Shown: in pieces, positions 8,573 to 18,353 of the stretch
How the letters are laid out: each line of letters starts with the position of its first letter
Position numbering within the stretch: position 1 is the first letter of the stretch
Source of the DNA: an uncultured Clostridia bacterium
GTDB lineage: Bacteria > Bacillota > Clostridia > Christensenellales > UBA1242
Direction of reading: 5' to 3'
DNA: 40,568 nucleotides
Assembly: GCA_944372465.1 (NCBI GenBank)
Contig: CALVZG010000038.1
Location: 1 to 40,568 of the forward strand
Notes under the pieces: generated by a model
Seen by the model: the letters and a program-made list of their open reading frames with translations, nothing else
Databases searched by the model: none
What the model was told of the DNA's origin: nothing
Made by a program: the position numbers and the translations under genes

Positions 8573-9640
8573 TTAATTTGTTATTTTGAGATTTATAGAT
8601 GAGTTGTCTTTACAAAAAGTAAGTTTTGATAGTTTATATTGGTTAAAACCTACTTCTTCATTACCTTCTTTAGCCTCGTTAACTATTAAAAATTTCATTA
8701 TATTGTTATCTAAGTAATATACAGAAACAAAGTATGAATGATAAGGTGTATATTGAATATCAAACGAACAAAATTTGTTATTTATACTACTCGAAAAGGA
8801 ATAATTGCAACTATATTGCGGTTGTGAATCTGTAACTAAAATTGTTAAATTTTGATAATTTTCTATATTAAGACTTGAAAGGTCAAGATTAATCGTTTCC
8901 TGCCATCTATCTAAATTTATCGTTCCATATTCAACAACTTCTATCTTTTTTATTAATGTTTCGTTTATGTTGATAGATAAATCATCTGACATGACATTTA
9001 TATAAAGATATGTTGTTCCATAATTTATTTTAGATAAGTCAATTGTAAATTCACTGTAATTTGTTTTATTGTTTAAAATATTTTTATGATTTATTACATC
9101 TGAAATCGCTTCATTTGATATAATTTCTTGATTGGTAGAAAAAATAGATACTTGAGGATTAATCAATGAAGTTTTATAAGAAATTTTAAAATTATCTTTA
9201 GCAAATGTTTTATCTTCATCTCTTGATTTTGCAATCTTTTCAGTAGGGTTTTCTAAAGCATAATAAACATTTTCAGTTGATAATATTTCTTTTATTTGTG
9301 ATAGATTGACATCTATAAAAACATCTTTTGCAGGCATAGTGAAAGTGAAAGTATTTTCGTCTTCTTGATTACATAAAACATTATTAGCCAAAACAGCGGA
9401 TATCTCATAGGATAAATCTTTTAAAGTTATTTGCAAAGAAACTTTACTTTTTTCTTTTGCCATTATTTTATCTGCTTCTATTTCAAATAATGTTGATGAT
9501 GGCAGAATTATTGAATATTCGTTTGTATTTTCATTTTGCTCATAATCTGAATGAGTATCTTTTTCACTACATGCACAAAGAGTTATTCCCGAAACAAGTA
9601 CAACGAAAAATAATGCCAAAATCGACAAAAATTTTTTCAT
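8573..9640 (-). CDS. Putative lipoprotein, beta-rich, with a bacterial repeat-like domain
   Basis: Signal peptide with lipobox LCA-C24; FTFTMPAKDV motif. Confidence 0.7.
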   Translation of the reverse strand: MKKFLSILALFFVVLVSGITLCACSEKDTHSDYEQNENTNEYSIILPSSTLFEIEADKIMAKEKSKVSLQITLKDLSYEISAVLANNVLCNQEDENTFTFTMPAKDVFIDVNLSQIKEILSTENVYYALENPTEKIAKSRDEDKTFAKDNFKISYKTSLINPQVSIFSTNQEIISNEAISDVINHKNILNNKTNYSEFTIDLSKINYGTTYLYINVMSDDLSININETLIKKIEVVEYGTINLDRWQETINLDLSSLNIENYQNLTILVTDSQPQYSCNYSFSSSINNKFCSFDIQYTPYHSYFVSVYYLDNNIMKFLIVNEAKEGNEEVGFNQYKLSKLTFCKDNSSINLKITN

Positions 9641-9741
9641 TAGTAAATCTCCTACATTAATTATAATATTTTAAGAAGAAAATTCAAAATATTTAGATTA
9701 TTTTATATTATTTTATACAAAAATAAACAATTTTGTCTAAT

Positions 9742-10527
9742 TTAAGCAAATTCAACATTAACTCTTGCTTCAACTTTAATAGAACCTATAAGTGAATTAT
9801 CTTCAAAGACTTCATCATAATTTCTATAAAGAGTGCAACATGAATATATATATTCTTCTTTAATACTTTTAATAGAAATATCTTCATTCCCTACAATTTT
9901 AAATGCTTTTGCTTTTGAATTAGCTATTGCCATAAGAAGAACCTCTTGATAGGCCTCGTTAATGTTTGAAAGTTCATAATTTATATCTCTTATACTTGTA
10001 GTCCCGTTTTCTATAATCTTATCTACATACATTTTTAAATCTTTCAAATCATCTACCTCAAAAGTAAATGTTGTAATGGAATAATATCCTATTAAAGTTT
10101 TCCCTGCATTATAATCATAACTAGGATATGATGTAAAACTATCTAAAACTATTGCACTTTCCTCTATTCCTTCATCTTTCAAAATATTTGTAACTTTATC
10201 AAAAATTTCAAAATTATCATCTTTAGATTTTTTCATGTCTAAATCTAAAGTTTCTATTACTGCGGTAATTTTTGCTCGGTCTGGAGTGAATGTTTTTGAA
10301 GCGCTTCCTATAATACAAAGTTCAATATCTTGTAAATTATTTTCTTCTGTGTTATCTTCTGCTTTTATGTTGTCATTGTTGATAAACACCTCATCGTCTT
10401 CATATTCAATCACTTCTTCGGCAAATGTTTTTTCTTCTATTATTTTTGGTTTTAACAAACCATATCCGCCACCAAAAACACCGAGTGATAAAATTAACAT
10501 AAGAATAAAAGATAAAATTTTTTTCAT
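9742..10527 (-). CDS. SIMPL (DUF541) domain protein
   Basis: N-terminal anchor; G.ASKTFTPDRAKIT, YPSYDY, AIANSKAKA, final V.VEF strand. Confidence 0.85.
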   Translation of the reverse strand: MKKILSFILMLILSLGVFGGGYGLLKPKIIEEKTFAEEVIEYEDDEVFINNDNIKAEDNTEENNLQDIELCIIGSASKTFTPDRAKITAVIETLDLDMKKSKDDNFEIFDKVTNILKDEGIEESAIVLDSFTSYPSYDYNAGKTLIGYYSITTFTFEVDDLKDLKMYVDKIIENGTTSIRDINYELSNINEAYQEVLLMAIANSKAKAFKIVGNEDISIKSIKEEYIYSCCTLYRNYDEVFEDNSLIGSIKVEARVNVEFA

Positions 10528-10642
10528 AAATATCCTCCTTAAGTTATAAAGTGAGGAATTTTGTAAAAATTATTTATATTTGACAATAATTGTAAAAATT
10601 TACCAAAAATAGTCAAAATTTTATAAAAAATAAATTGTTTTT

Positions 10643-11179
10643 TTAAATTAAATATTTTATTTTTCTATGTTTCATTATAAAAGAAAATTTAATTGCCATA
10701 CAAACTAAAACTATTATTTCTATTAAATCTAAAATTGCGTTAGTATATGTTAAACTTAAAATGTTATAAACCACAATTATCATGTTAGGAACTATCATCA
10801 TATATCTTGTCAATGATATATCACGCATAAACATTGCCATATTAAACATTTCATATGCTATAATTGCAAGAATATCATAATTACTTTGAAAACATACATT
10901 ACCAGCAAGTAAATAAAGAAAAGAAAACATCACATAGAGAGTTGTTGGAATGTTTTTATCTTTCTTCTCGATAAAATATAAAATGGTAACTCTTAAAGTT
11001 GAAATTAATGTATTTATCCCCCCAACAAAGACTTCTAAAGTCAAAAATGAACTTGCATAAAAAATATTTGCTATTATTTGATAGGCAAGAAACTTTTTCT
11101 TGTTGTCAAATGAATATGACAAGCAAACCAATGCAAGTGCAATTAATCCAAAAATTTGTGATAAAACAAATCTTATCAT
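10643..11179 (-). CDS. YgjV-family inner membrane protein
   Basis: SQIFGLIA..S..F..KK..L.YQ pattern, multiple TM helices. Confidence 0.7.
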   Translation of the reverse strand: MIRFVLSQIFGLIALALVCLSYSFDNKKKFLAYQIIANIFYASSFLTLEVFVGGINTLISTLRVTILYFIEKKDKNIPTTLYVMFSFLYLLAGNVCFQSNYDILAIIAYEMFNMAMFMRDISLTRYMMIVPNMIIVVYNILSLTYTNAILDLIEIIVLVCMAIKFSFIMKHRKIKYLI

Positions 11180-11269
11180 ATGTATCTCTCAATAAAAATG
11201 TTGTATGGCTTTTACATACAACATTATATTTAAAAATTAGTTTTTTTGTTATTTTTTGCATTTATATAC

Positions 11270-12277
11270 TTAACCATTATATTCATAGTATGCAAAACCT
11301 AATAAGCCATCATAAAGTCCAACATCTAATGTGTCGCCTATTGACTTTTCATGATAAACATTTGACGGGACTTCAATATCTACTTCTTTACCATCAATAT
11401 TAACTGTTAACAAGAATTGACTTACCTGTCTATATCCATTTTTATAGTTTTTATCCAAAATAACATAACTATCTATTGTTGGAGGTGGCGAAAAAGATGC
11501 GTTGATAATATCTAGACCACACCAACTTATGAAAAAAGCACCGAAAAATGCTATAATTGTAAAACCTACCCTAGTAATGATTTTCGGCGAAATTTTATAA
11601 AATATCTCTTTATATGTTGTGAATAATAATATTACAAAAATAACAAACAATACTAAAGCAGGTATCAATGCCCATGCTATTATCAAGTAATTAAGATAAT
11701 TATGAGATAGCATATCTAAAATAATCAGTAAATATGAAAATAATAATGCAAATAATACTTTTTTATCAAGAACTTTTGATTTGTTTTTAGATTTTCTTTT
11801 AAAGTGTAAAATCATTACAGAAATAATAACGAAATTTAAAATTAAAAAACTAATAAAACGCCAAATATTATAATTAATAATAAATTTTAATAATATAAGC
11901 AAAAACAAACTTGGAAATGTTAAATAAGATTGTAATTTTTCAAGTTTATTTTTATATGTCATAAGATTGTCAACTAGAGAAATAATTAAAAGCAAAATTA
12001 ATATGACGAAAAGTATTATAGATACTATATTATTGTTAAAAATTTTATAGCTATAGTAAGAAATACTTAAAAATCCCAAAATAAAAGCCAATGTCATTAA
12101 AAAAATATAAGTAATTTTAAATGCTTTTTTACTTTTGCTATATTTAACATCAATTTTTTTTAGATTTTTTTTCTTTTGATAAAAATTTGGCCAAAGAAGT
12201 AAATTATAGAGGGAAGTATGAGTATATACTTTTGAAATTTTTAATTTTCTTTTTCTTTTTGTTTTTAAAATGTACAT
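11270..12277 (-). CDS. Hypothetical multi-pass membrane protein with small C-terminal beta domain
   Basis: About 7 TM segments, C-terminal YHEKSIGDTL...GLLGF; start moved to MYILKT after an AAGGGA RBS. Confidence 0.7.
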   Translation of the reverse strand: MYILKTKRKRKLKISKVYTHTSLYNLLLWPNFYQKKKNLKKIDVKYSKSKKAFKITYIFLMTLAFILGFLSISYYSYKIFNNNIVSIILFVILILLLIISLVDNLMTYKNKLEKLQSYLTFPSLFLLILLKFIINYNIWRFISFLILNFVIISVMILHFKRKSKNKSKVLDKKVLFALLFSYLLIILDMLSHNYLNYLIIAWALIPALVLFVIFVILLFTTYKEIFYKISPKIITRVGFTIIAFFGAFFISWCGLDIINASFSPPPTIDSYVILDKNYKNGYRQVSQFLLTVNIDGKEVDIEVPSNVYHEKSIGDTLDVGLYDGLLGFAYYEYNG

Positions 12278-12368
12278 AAAAAATCCCTTTAAGATTATTA
12301 TATAACAAATATATATTATTTCAATCAATATACAAAAACATTTTTATGATACTTTTTAGTAAAAATAA

Positions 12369-12405
12369 AAATCAAAATTATTCTCTTTAGAAATAATTTT
12401 GATTT
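12369..12405 (-). terminator. Terminator-like hairpin between divergent starts
   Basis: 14-bp stem AAATCAAAATTATT/AATAATTTTGATTT with a T-rich tail on the minus strand. Confidence 0.65.
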
Positions 12406-12463
12406 ACATTTAAAAAGCATGAAATGACCATAATTATTTCGCTAATATATTCTTATGTTTTCA

Positions 12464-12492
12464 TTGACTTTTTCACGATATCGTGATAAAGT
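12464..12492 (+). promoter_or_regulatory. Methyltransferase promoter with internal palindromic operator
   Basis: TTGACT-17nt-TAAAGT; the spacer contains the perfect palindrome TCACGATATCGTGA (12473-12486); AGGAG RBS. Confidence 0.75.
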
Positions 12493-12510
12493 TTAAGCAT
12501 AGGAGCGTTT

Positions 12511-13842
12511 ATGAGTGTATCATACAATAAGTTATTTCATTTATTAATTAATAAAAAAATATCACAAAATGAACTTATCAAAAGTGCCGGAATTTCAGCA
12601 AACATCCTTACAAGACTAAAAAGGAATAATTATATATCAATGGAAAGTATAGAAAAAATATGCAATTTTCTTTCATGTACTCCTAATGATATATTTGAAT
12701 ACACCGCTGATACAAGAAGCATGAATGTAATAGATATATTTGCTGGTTGTGGTGGATTGAGTTTGGGATTTGAAATGGCGGGTTTTAATATCCCTCTTGC
12801 AATAGAAAAAGATGAATGGGCAGCCATGACATATGCACACAACCATATTTATACAAAAGTACTTACAGAAGATATAACTCAAATAGACGATTTTAATTGC
12901 CTCCTCAATAAATCTGTAGATATTGATGGTATAATCGGTGGTCCACCATGCCAAGGGTTTTCTTTAAGTGGCAACCGCGATAAAAACGACCCTCGAAACA
13001 GCCTTTTTATGGAATTTGTGCGTTTTGTAAAACATTACAATCCCAAATTTTTTGTTATGGAAAATGTTTCGGGAATATTATCAATGCTTACAAAATCAGG
13101 GGAGTTGGTAAAAGATGTTATTCTTAAAGAATACGATAAGGCCGGTTATAATGTGGGAATATTTCAATTAAATGCTGCCGAATTTGGGGTTCCTCAATCT
13201 CGTATTCGCGTGTTTTTTATAGGTTTGAGAAAAGATATTGAATTTGACAAGAAAAAACTTGAACCCACTGGTTTTTTGTTTGGAGACAAGCAAGTTACAA
13301 TAAATGATGCAATTATGGACTTGCCTCAAATTCATGCAGGAGAAGGTTCGGAAGAATCCCTTTATGATTCCGACCCGACAACTGAATATCAAATATGGGC
13401 AAGAGGAGATAATTTAATTTTACATAATCATGTTGCTATGCGACATACTCCAAGACTAATCGAGCGTTTTAGTCATATAAGTTTTGGAGAATCTGTTGCT
13501 GATGTTGCAGAAGAATATCAACAACGACAACGAGGAAATGCTTCTAAAATAAGCGGAAAAGTATTTTCTCAAAACAATATGAGGCCTTTCCCTAACAAGC
13601 CTTCTCCTACCATTCCTGCAAGTTTCCAAAGCAATTTTGTCCACCCATTTCTTAATCGTAATTATACAGCAAGAGAAGGGGCAAGACTGCAATCTTTTCC
13701 AGATGATTATGTATTTTTAGGAAAAAGAACAACAATGTCATGGGAAAAAAATCTATCTCAATATCAACAAATAGGAAATGCTGTTCCTCCATTACTAGCA
13801 AAAGCTATTGCAGAAAAATTAATACAATATTTCAAAAATTAA
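12511..13842 (+). CDS. Xre/Cro-type HTH fused to a C5 DNA cytosine methyltransferase, M.DdeI-like
   Basis: Residues 1-65 HTH (SYNKLF...ICNFLSCTPNDIFEY); FAGCGG, GGPPCQGFS, ENV, QSRIR, IGNAV; the TRD VFSQNNMRP...SFQSNF and TTMSWEK match my recollection of M.DdeI. Confidence 0.92.
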   Translation: MSVSYNKLFHLLINKKISQNELIKSAGISANILTRLKRNNYISMESIEKICNFLSCTPNDIFEYTADTRSMNVIDIFAGCGGLSLGFEMAGFNIPLAIEKDEWAAMTYAHNHIYTKVLTEDITQIDDFNCLLNKSVDIDGIIGGPPCQGFSLSGNRDKNDPRNSLFMEFVRFVKHYNPKFFVMENVSGILSMLTKSGELVKDVILKEYDKAGYNVGIFQLNAAEFGVPQSRIRVFFIGLRKDIEFDKKKLEPTGFLFGDKQVTINDAIMDLPQIHAGEGSEESLYDSDPTTEYQIWARGDNLILHNHVAMRHTPRLIERFSHISFGESVADVAEEYQQRQRGNASKISGKVFSQNNMRPFPNKPSPTIPASFQSNFVHPFLNRNYTAREGARLQSFPDDYVFLGKRTTMSWEKNLSQYQQIGNAVPPLLAKAIAEKLIQYFKN

Positions 13843-13843
13843 T

Positions 13844-14623
13844 TTATGGATTCAGTAATCTGCCGGGAGTAACAATTGCTGAATAGTTTCCAATTTGGGA
13901 AATAGCTCCATTGATTTCTTCCCAATATTGGAATATTGTTTCAGCATCTATAGGAGAATTTTCATTTTCTCTTAATACAAAAATTTCATTTAATACTGAA
14001 TCCTGTCTTGCAGCTATAATATGTTCGTCTGCTAAATTTTTATGCCCCATAAGTACATAAGTTCGCGAATTTGGAGAAGCACTTTTAATAGCTTTACTGG
14101 AAGACTTTACCTCTCCAAACATTGTAGCATCTAAATATGTTTTGACTTCTACAGATACTACAGGAATAATAAGGTCCATTGATTTTTCATTGTTTATTTT
14201 TATGTTTACTTTTTTCCCTATGCAAAAATCAACATCTTTTTTTAGGACTTCAATATTGTACTTCCCATCAATTTTTAATCCTGCATATATGCCCTTATTA
14301 AATATATCTAATTGATTAGATGCAATAGGTTCCAAATCTTTAAATAAATATACACTAATTTCCTCAAGAAAAGTTGAAGCAAATTTTGATTGTGATGATA
14401 TATTGTACTTCTTTGAAAAACTAGACAATTCATCATAATAATTGTTAAAAAGTTCTGTTGCTTTTTCAAACGAGCCAAAATTGTCTTTGGTAAATTTCAA
14501 TTTCTCTATGGCTTTTCTCATCGGCAAATATGTATTATTATAAAAATCTTTTATTTGAGATGCCTTGTTTTTATAATTAATTCTAATTTTCGTTTTTAAA
14601 TTATTTTCATGAATATATATCAT
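13844..14623 (-). CDS. Type II restriction endonuclease, Bpu10I/DdeI-like PD-(D/E)xK family
   Basis: SKFASTFLEE, KKDVDFCI, VEVKTYLDATM; adjacent to a cognate-type MTase. Confidence 0.8.
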   Translation of the reverse strand: MIYIHENNLKTKIRINYKNKASQIKDFYNNTYLPMRKAIEKLKFTKDNFGSFEKATELFNNYYDELSSFSKKYNISSQSKFASTFLEEISVYLFKDLEPIASNQLDIFNKGIYAGLKIDGKYNIEVLKKDVDFCIGKKVNIKINNEKSMDLIIPVVSVEVKTYLDATMFGEVKSSSKAIKSASPNSRTYVLMGHKNLADEHIIAARQDSVLNEIFVLRENENSPIDAETIFQYWEEINGAISQIGNYSAIVTPGRLLNP

Positions 14624-14705
14624 AAACCTCTCCTTTTTGATATTTAGTTTATAAAAGAAAACAAATCATAGTTTTTAGTTTCTGCATTTATCTAAAATCT
14701 CTATT

Positions 14706-14789
14706 TGGTGCGGAAGATGGGATTTGAACCCACACGATTTTACTCACAAGCATCTGAAACTTGCGCGTCTGCCATTCCGCCACTTCCGC
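14706..14789 (-). tRNA. tRNA-Leu(CAG), CCA encoded
   Basis: Acceptor GCGGAAG/CTTCCGC, D loop GGAATGGCAGAC, anticodon loop TTCAGAT, long variable arm, GGTTCAAATCC, 3' ACCA. Confidence 0.96.
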
Positions 14790-14822
14790 TAAACGCACCC
14801 TCTTTTAAGTGTATTTAGTTAT

Positions 14823-14851
14823 ATTATAATCTTTTATGTTTGACTAGTCAA
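14823..14851 (-). promoter_or_regulatory. Sigma-A promoter of tRNA-Leu
   Basis: TTGACT-17nt-TATAAT on the minus strand; the -35 lies in the palindrome TTGACTAGTCAA. Confidence 0.65.
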
Positions 14852-15047
14852 TGATTTGCCTAATTCTTACTGACCATTTTAAGTAAATAAAAAATCTTTT
14901 AAATTTGACAACATTCATCATTTGGTTATTCAATATTATAAAATAACTTTGACTATCCAAAATAAAATATGTTATAATCTTTTTCAATCTATATATACCT
15001 TAACTTATTTAATATTAACATTATTATCATTTTATCAAGGAGTTACA

Positions 15048-15764
15048 ATGTTAGAAATTCAGTCGTTAACTAAAAAGTTTGGAGAAAAAATTGCCGTAAA
15101 TGAAATGTCTTTGAAAGTCGAAGATGGACAAATTTGTGCTTTTATTGGGCATAATGGGGCAGGTAAAACCACGACATTAAGATGTATTGCTGGCATCATT
15201 GATTTCGATGATGGTAAAATTTTTGTCGATAATATTGATGTTAAAGAAAATCCTATAGAAGCAAAAAAAAATATTTCTTATATACCTGACAACCCTGATT
15301 TATATGAACATTTAAGAGGAATAGACTATCTAAATTTTATTGCTGATGTTTTTCAAATGAACAAAGATGAAAGAAAAGCAAAAATTGAAAAATACTCTAA
15401 AAGATTTGATATATATAATGACTTAAGTTCAGTCATTTCAAGTTATAGTCATGGCATGAAACAAAAACTTGCTTTGATATCTGGACTTATCCATAACCCA
15501 AAAGTTTTATTGCTTGATGAACCTTTTGTAGGCCTTGACCCAATAAGCAGTCATGAATTCAAATCTATTATGCAGGAACTTGCTAATAATGGAGTAACAA
15601 TTTTTTATTCTACGCATGTTTTAGATGTGGCTGAAAAAATTTGTTCTCATGTGGCTATAATTAAAAATGGAAATCTTATTAAACATGGTACAATGCAAGA
15701 AATAACGAATGATAATAGTCTTGAAAATATATTTTTGGAGCTTGAAAATGAAAAACACATTTAA
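15048..15764 (+). CDS. ABC transporter ATP-binding protein
   Basis: GHNGAGKTT, YSHGMKQK, LLLDEP, H-loop STH; start after AAGGAG. Confidence 0.95.
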   Translation: MLEIQSLTKKFGEKIAVNEMSLKVEDGQICAFIGHNGAGKTTTLRCIAGIIDFDDGKIFVDNIDVKENPIEAKKNISYIPDNPDLYEHLRGIDYLNFIADVFQMNKDERKAKIEKYSKRFDIYNDLSSVISSYSHGMKQKLALISGLIHNPKVLLLDEPFVGLDPISSHEFKSIMQELANNGVTIFYSTHVLDVAEKICSHVAIIKNGNLIKHGTMQEITNDNSLENIFLELENEKHI

Positions 15765-17340
15765 TTTGGCTTTTATTTATTTTAAACAAACCCTTTCACA
15801 GATGTTTAAAACAAAAAAACGAGCAAGTGCACTTTCTAACTCATTTTTAGTTTTGGCTATTTTTATCGTTGTGGCTTTTGCTATGGGATTTGCTTATTAT
15901 GGAACAGCAGAACAATTCAAAGCTATCGGGCACCCTGAATTTATACTTGTAGTAGGACTTATGTTTTCTTCATTTTTTGTGCTTATGCTGACAATTCATG
16001 AATCTCAAAGCAATTATTATAAAACTAAAGATTATGATTTGCTTGCAAGTTTGCCTATAAAAAATTGGTCAATCATATCTGCAAAATATCTTAGTTCTTA
16101 TTTTGTAACATTTATTTATAGTTTTATAATAGTTTTTCCTGCCTATATTATATATTTTATGTTTTGCCCAATTACATTTTATTCTATTTTATATATCATT
16201 ATTTCTTTTTTCTTTATACCTACATTTTCTCAACTTGTCGGCTCTTTACTTGCATTTATAGTTAGTTTTATAACATCTAAATTAAACAACAAAAAAATAG
16301 TAAATAGTATATTAACTATTGTCATTACTGTAGGTTTTATTGTTTTTATATATTTTCTTAATAGCGGATTAATGCAAAATTTATTTATTGAAGGAGTCCC
16401 TCTATGGATTAAAATTGTCTTTCCTCATATAAACTTTTTGTTTATTTCCGTTATTACTGGTTCATTTATAGACTTCATTATTTTTATTATTCTAACAACA
16501 TCTTTTGCTGTCATAAGTATAGCAATCGTTACAATAGGATATAAAAAAATCAATTCAAATCTGCTATCAAGCAGTGCAAAGAAATCAAAAAAGCCTTTGT
16601 CTTATAATCAATTTTCTATTTTTAAATCACTTATAAAAAAAGAAGCTAAAACATTTTTTAATACCCCTATATATTTTATTAATTCAATTATCGGACCTAT
16701 TTTGGTGATTGTGCTTGCAATATCTATGGGAATAGGTGAAAAACAAATCTCCATGACTTTGGATTCATCTTTCCCTTCTGAATATTTTATAATTATGTAT
16801 GTTTGCTTTTCTTCTATGTGTTTAGGTATTGGAGTCCCTACTTCAGCCTCTATCTCAATTGAAGGTAAAAAGTTTTATTTGCTGAAATCTTTACCTATTC
16901 CAATAAATACTATTTTAAACGCTAAACTAGCGTTTAACTTGATATTAAATATTCCATTTGTTATTTTAAGCAGTATTATATTTATATGTATTACCTCTTG
17001 TTCTTTAACACAATCAATATTTATTATTTTGATACCACTTATAAGTATGTTAGCATTTTGTGGACTTGGATTATTAACAAATCTCAAGTGGCCAAAACTT
17101 GAATGGACAAATGAAGCACAAGCAGTAAAACAGAGTTTCAGTTTATTAGTATCAATGATGAGTGCAATCGTGATATCAATCTTGCCATTTTTAATATATT
17201 TTTCTTTATTTAATGAAATTTCTTCTGTGATTAATATTAATGAGTATTTTGCAATTTATTTGGGATATATTGTAATTCTGGGTATAATTTTTTACTCTTT
17301 ACTCTATACTCACGGCAAAAAATTATATAATAAAATATAA
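15748..17340 (+). CDS. ABC exporter permease (large multi-TM, ABC-2-like)
   Basis: Two DLLASLPI / LLKSLPI loops, SISIEGK; overlaps the ATPase; GGAG RBS. Confidence 0.85.
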   Translation: MKNTFNLAFIYFKQTLSQMFKTKKRASALSNSFLVLAIFIVVAFAMGFAYYGTAEQFKAIGHPEFILVVGLMFSSFFVLMLTIHESQSNYYKTKDYDLLASLPIKNWSIISAKYLSSYFVTFIYSFIIVFPAYIIYFMFCPITFYSILYIIISFFFIPTFSQLVGSLLAFIVSFITSKLNNKKIVNSILTIVITVGFIVFIYFLNSGLMQNLFIEGVPLWIKIVFPHINFLFISVITGSFIDFIIFIILTTSFAVISIAIVTIGYKKINSNLLSSSAKKSKKPLSYNQFSIFKSLIKKEAKTFFNTPIYFINSIIGPILVIVLAISMGIGEKQISMTLDSSFPSEYFIIMYVCFSSMCLGIGVPTSASISIEGKKFYLLKSLPIPINTILNAKLAFNLILNIPFVILSSIIFICITSCSLTQSIFIILIPLISMLAFCGLGLLTNLKWPKLEWTNEAQAVKQSFSLLVSMMSAIVISILPFLIYFSLFNEISSVININEYFAIYLGYIVILGIIFYSLLYTHGKKLYNKI

Positions 17341-17420
17341 AAAATTATTATTTAATAAGATTAAATTTTTATAAATTGAAACAACTTATAATATAATAAA
17401 AATAATTTGAAAATAATTCG

Positions 17421-17464
17421 TATAAAAAATAGTAATAAAAGCATTTTATTACTATTTTTTTATA
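17421..17464. terminator. Bidirectional terminator
   Basis: AAAAAATAGTAATAAAA-gca-TTTTATTACTATTTTTT. Confidence 0.75.
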
Positions 17465-17545
17465 TTTTTTATTATATTTTTAAATAATTAAAATAATATT
17501 GTTATATTTTTTATTTTTTATATTTTTTAATTATTAAATAATTTT

Positions 17546-18280
17546 CTAATTATTAAAATATCTTGTATGTAAAATATTCAAATATTCTCCATTTATGTCG
17601 TTAGTTTCTAAATGTGGAAGGACTTCTACTCCATGCTTGCCCCCCTTAACTGCTTCAATTATTACAAGAATAACTTTGCCTTTGCCATTCTCTGTAAAAA
17701 ACATCCTTTTGGGTTCAAGATTATTTTCAACTAATGTATATATAAGTTCAGCAGTTCGATTTGCTGTATAAACTACATAAAATCGGCCATTAAATTTCAA
17801 AAGATTGTATGCCGTTTTGCAAAGATCTCCAATTGGCAACATTTCATCATGTCTTGCTTTATCCTTAATTGGATTTTTCCCTCTTGCAATATCATTTCTC
17901 ATATATGGCGGATTAGAAAATACAACATCAAAAGACTCCCCTTCAAAGTGCTGTTTAAAATTTCTCACATCATCACTGACAACACAAATTTTATCTTCAA
18001 GGTCGTTCATTAATACATTCTTTTCAGCAAGTCGTGCCATTTCATCTTGAATTTCAAATGCATAAATTTTATCAAATTCAGTTTTTGCACTTAAAAGTAT
18101 TGAAATAACTCCACAGCCTGCACCTATTTCTACACACTTGTCATTTTTCTTTAATTTGATAAAATTTGCAAGTACTACAGAATCAGATGTAAATGTATAA
18201 AAATTTTTATTTTGAATAATTTTTAAGCCTTTACATTGCAAATCTTCTAATCTTTCATCTTTTGATAAATTTACTTTCAT
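17546..18280 (-). CDS. tRNA1(Val) adenine(37)-N6-methyltransferase-like (YabB/YfiC family)
   Basis: TSDSVVLANF, EIGAGCG, SNPPY, ARH; conserved position after holB-ricT. Confidence 0.85.
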   Translation of the reverse strand: MKVNLSKDERLEDLQCKGLKIIQNKNFYTFTSDSVVLANFIKLKKNDKCVEIGAGCGVISILLSAKTEFDKIYAFEIQDEMARLAEKNVLMNDLEDKICVVSDDVRNFKQHFEGESFDVVFSNPPYMRNDIARGKNPIKDKARHDEMLPIGDLCKTAYNLLKFNGRFYVVYTANRTAELIYTLVENNLEPKRMFFTENGKGKVILVIIEAVKGGKHGVEVLPHLETNDINGEYLNILHTRYFNN

Positions 18281-18353
18281 ATTCCCTCTCTAATGATTTA
18301 AAATCAAATCTATATAAATAAATTTAATTAAATTATTTAAAATATCATAATTT

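Noticed and set aside
10555-10625. TTGTAAAAATT direct repeats and a Spo0A-like box upstream of the SIMPL gene
   Set aside because: Too short and AT-rich to distinguish from chance
12406-14705. Prophage, ICE or IS at tRNA-Leu
   Set aside because: No integrase, transposase, terminal repeats or duplicated tRNA 3' end seen; reported only as an islet
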